Shown: positions 1 through 10,980 of the stretch, one piece after another
Position numbering within the stretch: the stretch's first letter is position 1
Layout: each line of letters opens with the position of its first letter
The notes under the pieces: model-generated
Database searches by the model: none
Told to the model about the DNA's origin: nothing
Seen by the model: only the letters and a program-made list of their open reading frames with translations
Program-made: the position numbers and the translations under genes
Assembly: GCA_040143965.1 (NCBI GenBank)
Contig: JASJQH010006939.1
Location: 1 to 35,458 of the forward strand
Source of the DNA: Basidiobolus ranarum
Taxonomy: Eukaryota
Direction of reading: 5' to 3'
DNA length: 35,458 nucleotides

Positions 1-70
1 AAGTTGGTGTCAATATTCACAGTAAATTCCTTATGAGAATAATGGGTAATATCTTAGTGTAATATAAGAT

Positions 71-332
71 AACTAAGTACTAAGCTATATATGACTATAT
101 AGGTGTTTAGGCAATGCTGATTTCAACAGTAGTACTGAACAAGTGTTTCAAATGACCAAAAAATTTACTTAGGAAGTAGAGATAGTATTCTACAAATGTA
201 AAGGAAGGGAGCCTAGAATTATTCAATAGTATGTCTTGATATTTTGTAGCTGTTTAGGCAGTTAATGGTAATACTGTTGAAATTAGCATTACCTAAACAC
301 CTATATAGTCATATATAGCTTAGTATTTGGTT
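71..332. repeat. Long imperfect inverted repeat (65-bp arms at 71-135 and 268-332, 132-bp spacer); MITE/foldback-like
   Basis: Left arm aactaagtactaagctatatatgactatataggtgtttaggcaatgctgatttcaacagtagtac matches the reverse complement of 268-332 at 60/65 positions. No clear target-site duplication seen. Confidence 0.85.
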
Positions 333-599
333 CTTCCATATACATGGGCATGAAAGAAAGTAACATATACAGGCGAGATGTGAGGCCGGGTCAAGAATAT
401 ACAAACCTGAGATCGATATGGACGAAGTTGAGGCTCAACTTTGCCGACTGAAAATATTCAACATATATATCAAGTTAGATGTGCAACAAGAGATATCTAT
501 GCCAACAGAATCTATAAGCCTTATCAATTGTTAGTAGTGGTAACACTTTATAAATCTAAAACAAATAATTATAACAAATATAAGCAAAATAGAATAACT

Positions 600-733
600 T
601 TCCTTACACACTACACTGATGAATATTCGCAAACTACAGGTGCTGAATACATCCAAGAAATAATTAATAATCATGTAGCGCAGTAAATAGAATGTATGAA
701 GGTGTACCTCATTCTCATTATTGAACATGATCT
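600..733 (+). pseudogene. Possible decayed PIF/Harbinger transposase N-terminal fragment
   Basis: Frame reads ...SQTTGAEYIQEIINNHVAQ*IECMKV. This resembles the recalled TGxx(Y/W)(V/I)xE(L/I)(L/I)xxHxxRxxxxF(R/K)M motif upstream of Harbinger DDE domains. In-frame stop at 684-686. Short match judged by eye. Confidence 0.25.
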
Positions 734-973
734 TTAACGTGACTTAAGGCAGCAATGTAACCAGAAAAATTGATAAAATAGCGGCACTAATAATTTCATT
801 GCGCCTAACGTTTACTATGATTGGTGATTTATTTCTTGGAGTAGATTGAAATAAATAAGCATAATACGATATATGATTGGAATAAGATGATTTTTCAATA
901 TTACTAATAGATACAAACATCAATATTTCAAGTACTCTTGAAGTTTGCTCCTTTAGTACTTACAACCCACACC

Positions 974-1532
974 ATGTCTAAACATCACCCGGATCTGATC
1001 ATGTGCAGAAAGCAACCAGGCATTGGTAAGTATATACTCAAAGATTAGTTAATATATCTCCCACTCTTACTTACCCTAACCATATTTACTATAGCCATCG
1101 GTCGTGTCTGCGAAAAATGTGATGGTAAATGTGTCATTTGTGATTCTTACGTTAGTCCATCCACGTTAGTTCGTATTTGTGACGAATGTAACTACGGATC
1201 TTACCAAGGTCGGTGTGTTATCTGTGGAGGACCAGGAATTTCTGACGCGTATTATTGTAAAGAATGTACTATTCAAGAGAAAGATGTATGTATTCCAACT
1301 TCTCCCACCTTCGACCACCGCACGTATCTATGATATAGTACTAATACGGAGTGATATTTTTTTCTTTAGAGGGATGGTTGTCCAAAGATCGTCAATTTAG
1401 GTTCTTCCAAAACGGATCTATTTTATGAGAGAAAGAAATATGGTAAGGGAATTTTTCGATATCTACATAGAGTATTTTAGAGGCGATATTGACAGTATAT
1501 TCATTTGAATTATAGGTTTCAAAAAACGTTAA
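974..1532 (+). CDS. RDS3: PHD-finger SF3b splicing factor Rds3/PHF5A/Ini1 (4 exons: 974-1025, 1095-1285, 1370-1442, 1516-1532)
   Basis: Spliced product [110 protein letters not shown], near-identical to PHF5A. All introns GT-AG. Missed by the ORF track. Confidence 0.97.
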
Positions 1533-1850
1533 GATTGTAGACTCGTTATTTGATTATTATTTTATTGTACATCAAAAATGAACATATTAAAGGTCGTATC
1601 TTCGCATTACATTCATACTCGTATGGTTATAACTATGGTTACGGTTATGGTTATATGTGAAAATCCAACAGTTATAGGGGTGACGATTTTATTGGGTTTT
1701 CTTTAAAAGGTGGATAGATGGAGGTGTTTAATATACAAACAAATAAAGAACAAATGTTCATCGCAGTATCTAAAGAAACGGGGAAGTGTAATAAAAGCCG
1801 ATGGAAAAGCCAATTCACCAATATAGATTATTAAAGATGATGAGAAAGAT

Positions 1851-3303
1851 TTAACGCTTCTTGGCAAGGGTTCTAGGTTTAACATCATCCTCCTTTACAG
1901 CATGTAGGAAGATTTGATTCTTATTTGAAGGAGTAGCATGTTGATGTCCCTTACTCCAATCGTAACTAACAGAGTAAGCAAAGATCGACCCATTACGATT
2001 AAAGGTACATGCAGAAATTGGTCCACCAACGTTCGAGAAAGCCTTTAGACGTTGCTTGGAGTCCTTATCCCAAAAGTTAATAGTACCATCTGATCCGGTG
2101 GTGGCAAATGTACCATGGACTGGGTGGAAGCTCATGGCATTGACTGCGTAAACGTTGGAGTTCTCGCGATGACATTTGAATGAAAAGTTGCTCCTGATAG
2201 TTCATGAGGTAAATTATTTGGTGAACATTGAAATCGATAAATATGCAGACATTGACTTACCCTTGGTCCTTATCTTCCACATATTGAACACCAACACGGC
2301 CTTCAATAGAGCCAACAAGGTATCCAGAAGAGTTGGGGAAACAGCTGATGGAACGAGTTTGCCACTTGAGTGGAGAGGTGAGAGTCTGTTTTTCGAAGCA
2401 ATTGATTGGGTTATTTAAGGTCAACATCACAAAATACGAATAAAAAATCATGTACCTTGTAAGGAGTTGTTGGGTTATTTAAATTGAAAACGAGGACGTG
2501 TCTTTCAGCAGTGCCAACAACCATAAGTGGGAAAGTGGCATCCATTGCGTAACAACGTTCAGGCAAGTTAACAGTGCCAACTGGGTTAGGGCTTCTAGTA
2601 TCCCAGTACTACAGGTAAACATGAAAGCAAACGTCAATTATATTAAGTACATATCAAAAAATAAAGACTTCTAATCTACGTACTTTAACAGTTTTATCCC
2701 AACTGCCTGTAGCAACAATATTCTGCTCACCAACCCATTGTATACAACTAATAGGTGCGTCGTGTTGTGCAATTTGTTGGGACTGTCCAGTTGCTGTGTC
2801 GTATAACTTTGCAGTTTTATCAGCACTACCAGAAGCTATCTTGGTTCCATCCTATTTTTTGTCGAAATGAGGTATGAGTTAGTTCGGAGTTTAGGGAAAT
2901 TACTAACGAAATATCTATTCCAGCCTGAACGTACTTTACTCCATTTACAACAAAGGACAGGTCCTTCGTGGTTGTACATTGCTTTTCCTACAGTGCTACC
3001 ATTTGGTTGTACTTCATAAATTCTAACCTACAGAAGTTTACTGGTTAAATGCTGCGATTATAGAACTCAGGTCAACCCTTAAAGTGAACTAACTTGATTA
3101 TCCCAAGAGGAAACTGCAAGGAAATCAGCTTGTGTACTAAAGGATAACTCGGAAATGCCATCCTCGGGGGGTTGAGAAACCTAGATCGACCATTTAAGAA
3201 AGTAGATCGTCAGATGGGGGTTGATCAGAAATAGAATAACTTAACAAGAGTGATTCAACAAAAACGCTACCTCGAAATCTTTGTTAACGTTACTGGATAG
3301 CAT
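1851..3303 (-). CDS. RAE1: mRNA export factor Rae1/Gle2, WD40 (7 exons: 3303-3271, 3180-3094, 3027-2935, 2851-2684, 2608-2456, 2385-2261, 2193-1851)
   Basis: Motifs SQPPEDGISELSFS, VSSWDNQVRIYEV, SPLKWQTRSISCF, GSIEGRV, NFSFKCHR, FHPVHGTFATTGSDG, FWDKDSKQRLK, SYDWSKGH. Exon phases are consistent. Confidence 0.96.
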
Positions 3304-3655
3304 AACTAAATATATCTGAAGTTGCTAACGACGGTAAACCTAGTTCTCTCTTAACAACCAATTTCGATGAAAGGGACAATGAAATGGTTTTTTTTACCTG
3401 GAAAAATTCGATCAAAACACGAACTGAATTTTATTGACACTTGATTTCTATTTGAAAATCAACATTTCAATTCACTAATTAATCAACTCTCGCGTAGTCA
3501 ATGGTGCTTTTATATTGACACGTATACTGATCAACATCATATTCCACTTAACTTATCTAGGATTATTTAATCAGAATCATCCAAGTTCACTTAGCCACCA
3601 CAATTCAAACGCTAACAATAGGTGTGGCTCTTAAACGTCATAGCTGTTGACTGAA

Positions 3656-6265
3656 ATGGAGCTAGAGCGATATTCTTCCCCCAACATTAATGGTAAACAA
3701 TCTTCCCTTCCGATGGAGCGCTCTTCGCCCCAAAGGGTCCATTTCGATAGCGAGACGTTTTTAACAGATAGGAGACACTTACCACTCAAAGAAATTAAAG
3801 AGGAGTTGGAGTTTCAATTAGCCACTGTCAAGAATCATCTTGTAGAATTAATTAACAGGGATTACACTGAATTTTTGGACTTGGTAACGGACTTGGTGGA
3901 TGTTGATAAAGTGGTAGACTTGCTTAGGGATCCGTTGAAGAATACTGAACTAGAAGTTAAGGTGGAGTGAATATTTTATTCCAAAAGACATATTGGTCTC
4001 TATTCCCTTACTGAGCTACATACATTGTAGATGATACGTGACAGTTTAGTTTCAATCGAGCGGTCTTTGGAGGAAAGATTGAATTATCGTAGCTCTATTA
4101 GGGAGAAGAAAGTAGTATATTTAGCATATCGAATAACACCAAGTTAAATTGAAGTTGACTTTGTTTACCTTGACTCCTATAGGCGTGTCTCCAGCTAATA
4201 TTAAATTTGGCTCAATCGGTTGAGAAGATTGAATATTTGCTTAAAGAGGAGCAGTTGGAAGAAAACACACTTTTACAAGCAGCATCGGCCGAGAACCCTA
4301 TTAGGTAATTACTTTGTAGTGTCTCCAACTGAGATCGCAATCGTTGATTCGATTCTTCATATAGTTTAGCTACCACTACAGCCACAACCATATCGAAATT
4401 CATGGAGAGAATTGCCATGGAGTACAACCAGATTCGATACTATGTGAAGAAGGGGAAGGATTTACCTTTCGTGGCTCAAATGGAACCGGTAAATACTGAA
4501 TTCATTTCACTGATTCAATCTCCAAGTTCTAATGTTTTATACATATAAAAGCGCATTGAAGGAATCAAAAAAACCCTTCAAACACGTTTATCTTCGAGCC
4601 TCCGTATCCTGATTGAGGACATAGCTCAAGGTCGGGAGTCTGCTGATACTTTAGCATCGTTGACTCAGAACCTTCGTACATATGCTCTGATCGATCGAGC
4701 TGCCGATGCCGAGGAGATATTTCGTAAACAACTCGTAGCCCCATTTATTCAAAAGGTAAACAGTGCGCATCAGACTTCTGGGAGTTTCCAGTACTAATGC
4801 TTTTCTATAGATGGTGACCTCCGAGATAATTGGAAGCAAGAATGAAGCTGACAAGTTGAAGGCAATGTTTAGTAAAATACTGGAGTTTATCAACACCAAA
4901 TGTTCAGCCATTCTGAATATTACCCAAAATGTTCTACGCGGGACAGATTACGACCTTCTTATCAATGCTATATGGTATGAGGTGGTTGACAGTATCAATC
5001 AAAATCTCCCAAAGATCTTTTCAGCCGAGAATCCCAACGTATTTCAGCAACGTTACAAGCTTACCATTGATTTCATCATCCAATTTGAGAAACTCTGTGG
5101 TTCAAGAAAAAGTTTCCTGAACTTGCGGAGTCACTCATCCTACATGAATTTCATGCAATCTTGGGAATTAACGAAATATTATCAAGCACGTTTGACTGAG
5201 ATTTCTCTTCAATTCGAAGAAGCTTTACTTAAAGAAAACTTAGAAAATACCACTAAAACTAAAGCCCAGCAATTACCCGCCACAAAATCTTTGATCACTC
5301 TGGTGAACTATTGTTGGTCAGATGAAGTCTATCTGTACCAGCTAGCCCCTAAATTCTGGAAATTGACCTTTCAATTGCTGACCAGGTATAGCAGCTGGAT
5401 TAATGACTTGATGTCTGAATTCTCGGAGCCAGGAGGTGTTCAACTGGAGAAATCAAGGAGTCAAGCAGGTCCATATCCATCCTCAACTGGAATGTCTCGC
5501 TCAATAAGCACACCGTCTAATAGTGCATCTACAACCAGTACCACCAACTTCAGTGAGGATTTCATTTTGGGACATTTGGCCGTCCTTTATCGTGACTTGA
5601 GCTACATTAGTACTGAGATACATCAGCTATTCCATGATAGAATATCTGAATTGCTACCTTCCAATCTGAAATCCGAACCTATATTCAAGCAAAGTCTCGA
5701 GGATGCCCTGCAAGAGATCACTTCAAAGCAGAAGCAAATTGGCGAAAGGATAACCCAATGTTTGACTAAGAAATGCTCAGATCAATTACGTTTGGTTAGA
5801 AATGTAACTGGACAGTATCGACATACAAATCGTAAGCCTCCCACCCAAAGCTCCCCATACGTGCAAGTGATCTTTGAACCGGTAGTGAATTATCTCAATG
5901 TTGAGAATAACTATTTCGACACTAAAGAAACCGGAGAATGGAAATCATCCATTGCAAATATCGTCACTTCTAAGTATGCTAGCATTCTTTCGGAGCTTCT
6001 TACCACTTTACAACGAACAGAAGAAAGTTTGAAACGACTCAAGAAAGGAAAGCGCACTGGTACAGCACTTGCCTCTTCTTTGTTCTCTTCATCTGGTGCT
6101 ACGAGTACTTTGAGTGATGAAGATAAGATCCGTCTACAGCTATTACTCGATGTTAAAAGATATCAACAAGAGTTAACTAAAATAGGAGTTCAACTGGAGA
6201 CTATTCAGGATCTGGATGAGTTAAAGAAGACGGTCGAGCCGTACCAAGATCTGGAGCGTACATAG
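3656..6265 (+). CDS. COG2: Conserved oligomeric Golgi complex subunit 2 (6 exons: 3656-3961, 4031-4111, 4183-4304, 4365-4488, 4552-4755, 4811-6265)
   Basis: N-terminal FDSETFL...LVELINRDYTEFLDL and ERIAMEYNQ, plus C-terminal SDEDKIRLQLLLDV, are typical COG2 motifs. GT-AG introns keep the frame. Confidence 0.9.
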
Positions 6266-7361
6266 AAATAGGAAATTATTTCATTCTTTCATTTACTACA
6301 AACATCAAATTCCCATAAACTACTGGATATTAAAGTAATCTTTATTTCTACTTTTCCACTGAATCTTGACTAGCTTATTATATAAACAAAGCGCTACTCA
6401 TCATTCTACATGCAATATACATGTTCTAGCGAGTTTTTGACGCTTAGCTTGGCCAAACAATAACTGTGATAACTGGTGAACCCAGAAACAGAGGATTCTA
6501 GTACAACTCTGATCCTGAATAGGTTAATTAAAATGAAACAATCTTTTGACTGAAGACCAATGAGAAGAAACAAAATGTTAGTGCAGAGTACTGTTCGATA
6601 GGAAGTTTACAAGGGTTACTTTCATGTAACTTGGACCATGGATTATTGATGACACTCTGTCCCGCATCCACTTGGAAATGTCCGTTTTGTTTGCAATCTA
6701 GCTCGGGCACTTACATTATTTAGCCGTAACAATTGTGTGGCAACCATGGTCCAGTTTGGAATGAGATCAAGCGTGGTTTTCTCCTTCTAGTCTGATGAGC
6801 ACTCATTGGCATGATGTTATTCCTTACAAAGGACATGGAGTGGTGCTAGGGCTAGGGCTATGGCTATGACAAATAAAGTAGGGACTCAGAATCGTACTCG
6901 TGAGATGAGATGAGATACATTTGTTTCATGCTAGAGGATCAACATCTTGACACGTGCAGGAGTTGTTCGTCCAATAGAGAGGTATGAATGTTTCCGGAGA
7001 AAGGGCAACTCTGCATCAGTTACAACGTCTTGTACAATAAAACAATTGGCTCGTAATATTTTTTGCAAGGGATACGATCCTACACCATTAAAGACCGATA
7101 TCCTCCTCTCTGCCTACTACAGAAGTTAGTTTCATGATGGTGGAATTAACCTTTATGCATAGGGGGCACGATGAAGTTTTTTAAAGTACCAGTTCAATTG
7201 AAGTGGATCTGATGTTTGATTACCTACACCATTTCAATTGGAACCGATTGGAAAGATGATCGTGTTGTTGGGACCTTTGAAGATGCACATAAAGTGCGCA
7301 TCTAGCAGTCCCGGTGTACACTCGATTATTCAACAATTGCTGAAACTAAAAGGAAAATCCC

Positions 7362-7369
7362 TATAAAAA
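7362..7369 (+). promoter_or_regulatory. Candidate TATA box of tyrosinase gene
   Basis: TATAAAAA ~150 bp upstream of ATG 7514, followed by a pyrimidine-rich tract. Confidence 0.45.
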
Positions 7370-7513
7370 GCTCAAGCGAAATCCTCTCAATGACGGAACA
7401 AATCTTTTGTGTGTTAGTGTTATTTAATTGAAAAAATACGCTCTAACATTTACACCACTTTTTGCTTTACCACATCTCCCTTCATTTCTTCTTCAACTCA
7501 TATACCAGTAAAA

Positions 7514-9107
7514 ATGAAGAACTTACTACAACTCTTGGCCGTCTGCACTTTCAGTATTAGTTTAGTGACATCTCAGACAAGTGGTGCGTGTAGCAAGGTG
7601 ACCATTCGCAAAGAGATAAGGCAGTTAAGTGCACAAGAGTGGGATACTTTCGTGAACGCTGTTAAGCAACTACATACGGGCCCACCTCCGACGATATATG
7701 ATAAATTTGTAAACATACATCTGCAAAGCGTCCCGGTTGCCCATGCCATACCTGCTTTCTTTCCGTGGCATCGGATGTTTGTAAAGGCATTTGAACAACA
7801 ACTCCAACAAATCAATCCGACCATTGCCATTCCATACTGGGTAGATACCTATTATTCATTTCAACGCTTTACCTCTCATCAATACTAAATATTTTTATTA
7901 GGATTGGACCTTAGATTCCCAGGCTCCAGAGAAGAGTATTGTATGGGATTCCAAGCATTTTGGAGCTAGTGGTGATGCTAATTGTGTAGCAGATGGGCCT
8001 TTTGCTGGTTGGATTATGAATACTCCAAAGCCTCACTGTTTGCGTCGTAAATGGAACAAAGGAAAGCAAATCAGCGCACTTTACCCTCCAGAGTTGCTTT
8101 CAAGAATTCTGAATGAAGCAAAAAGTTATTCGGAGTTTCGAACTGCTGTTGAGGCCGCTCCTCATGGCTTGGTTCACGTTAACATTGGGAGTGATGGAGG
8201 TGACCTTAGTACTATGTGGAGTCCAAATGAGTAAGTAAATAACCTATAACGTAGTGGTATTATATAGAATATACTGACAATATTGCTGTATGATAGTCCT
8301 ATCTTTTGGGTGCACCATTCATTCGTAGACAAAGTTTGGGCGGATTTCCAGTTGTTAAAGCCAACTATAGCTGGTACCTACGATGGACGGGATAAATCCA
8401 ACCGTACTGTAACTCTAAACGATATTATCACTCCATTTAATGTGCGTGTTAAAGATATATTGAATGTCAATAACTCACCACTTTGTTATCGTTACACGAA
8501 CCCTCTATTGACTACACGTGGATATGTCAAGTCCCCGGCGGCCTCTGCTGCAACTCCAGCCACCAAACAACCAACTGCTGGTAATACTAATACCCGTCCT
8601 GGCGTGAAAAATCCTGGCAATAAACGTAGTGTTGGCTCAGAACTTGGCTGTACTATTGACCCTGATGATCGTTCTGACCAAACTGGACTACGTACACCAC
8701 ACAGACTCCCCTCCAAATGGGTGGAAATGATGGAATTGAATCATGAACGTGTTAGAGCTATGGAAGATCAATATGCCGTATTTATCAATTCTCTAAATGA
8801 AGAACACTCTTATGTATCCCCTATTTCACTCTCTCGTCACTCAGACACCATTGAGAAGTTTGTCGATGGAAAACTCGAGACCCTACACCTCTTCGATGGC
8901 GTATCCAAGATCCCCGTACTTAATCTGACCAATTTGGCCCAAGTGGGGGAACCGGTGGTGAAGATAGTCGAACCAATTGTTGATATAGTGGATGAGTTGT
9001 TGAACAACCAGAAGCATGCGAGTAAAGATGAACAACCAGAGTCGAATGTATATCAAACGGAAGATGTACTAAGCATTAAGATCTCTGGATTGAATATTGG
9101 TCTTTAA
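7514..9107 (+). CDS. Secreted type-3 di-copper tyrosinase/catechol oxidase family protein (3 exons: 7514-7840, 7902-8230, 8297-9107)
   Basis: Hydrophobic signal peptide; IRKEIRQLS; CuA H-x7-H-x8-H (IHLQSVPVAHAIPAFFPWHR); PYW|DW across intron 1; CuB PHGLVH...SPND|PIFWVHHSFVD; C-Y-x-Y motif; then P/A/T linker and C-terminal domain. Confidence 0.93.
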
Positions 9108-9171
9108 TCGCTATATTTAGATACCAAAAATTAGATTCTTGTATTTTTGGACTTACCCTCATTTCCCATAT

Positions 9172-9197
9172 ATTGATACATCCGATTGATACATCCG
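9172..9197. repeat. 13-bp direct tandem duplication (ATTGATACATCCG x2) between convergent tyrosinase and polyubiquitin 3' ends
   Basis: attgatacatccg attgatacatccg read directly. Confidence 0.8.
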
Positions 9198-9462
9198 ATC
9201 TCTCCTATTTATTCTCTAGCCTATCTATAGATATCCAAAATGAAATAAATCTTTTTGTTATTGTCTCCATGAATCAACTGAGCATCTATCTTCTAAAATT
9301 CAATATAGTTCCATGTTTCAACTCTACTAATTGCGCTCGTAAAAACTTCTAAATAAAACAACCATGATTTTTCTTTTTAACCAATTTATTACAATATCAT
9401 TACTAGTAACTTTCCAAATGAATCACGCATGAAACTTCTAAGGTAAATTACAGAACAGACTA

Positions 9463-10170
<708 letters not shown>

Positions 10171-10980
10171 TTATTCGAATAGCTTAGGGATTATAGAGAT
10201 TTTGGGTAAGGAATAGAGTAGTGAAGAAGGAAGAAGATTGTTGGTAAGAGAAGAGAGAACGGATTGACCCTTTTATTCCCATCAGCACAAGTCCGCAGAA
10301 TAGGGGAGACTGCGATATTTGATGAGTAATACGTATTTACCTAATATGCAGTCTTCGTTGTTATCTGTTTGGACCAATTATCCGTACATTACGCCATTGT
10401 TAGATAGATAATTCAATATTGTCTAGATTAAAATATAGATATCAATTGAAATTCATTAATTAGTTAACTATGCATATATAAGACCAGTCACTTGACTGAT
10501 TTCAGAAAGAGCTTAATATTTCAAAAGAACAGCAAATAGGATTAGGCAACACCAACTAAGCCTTCTATCATGTGACCATTCAGATAATATTCTCAGAATC
10601 TGACGCAATTCCTGATTACTTTCACAATCAGATTATTCATTTATTTTTTGTAATCAAATAACTATATAATAATAAGGCATCGACCATATGAAAAGGTTTA
10701 GAAAATGACAAAGAGATGCGCTAGAGTTCGCAGTAAGAAAGAGATGTTGTTTGAAAATAAAAATATATCCACAAAAGTGCAAGATTTTCTTATATAATCG
10801 AAATATCTTGCTTGATAATAGAATTTTGAAATACAAAGGTAACAATGCAACGAGAGACTCTTCTATTTATGCTTTTGGCGACATCTATTTGTTCAATTCT
10901 AATAGCAGTAACATAGGAGAACGAATAACAAAATAAAGAATAGGGTTTGTATAGGGTAGGGAACATGAAAAGGGAGATTA

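Noticed and set aside
1179-1400. ORF-track 73-aa ORF
   Set aside because: Off-frame overlap of RDS3 exon 2 and the following intron.
6792-6830. CTGATGAG hammerhead-ribozyme core / box C-like motif
   Set aside because: No stem II followed by GAAA, and no properly placed box D with a terminal stem.
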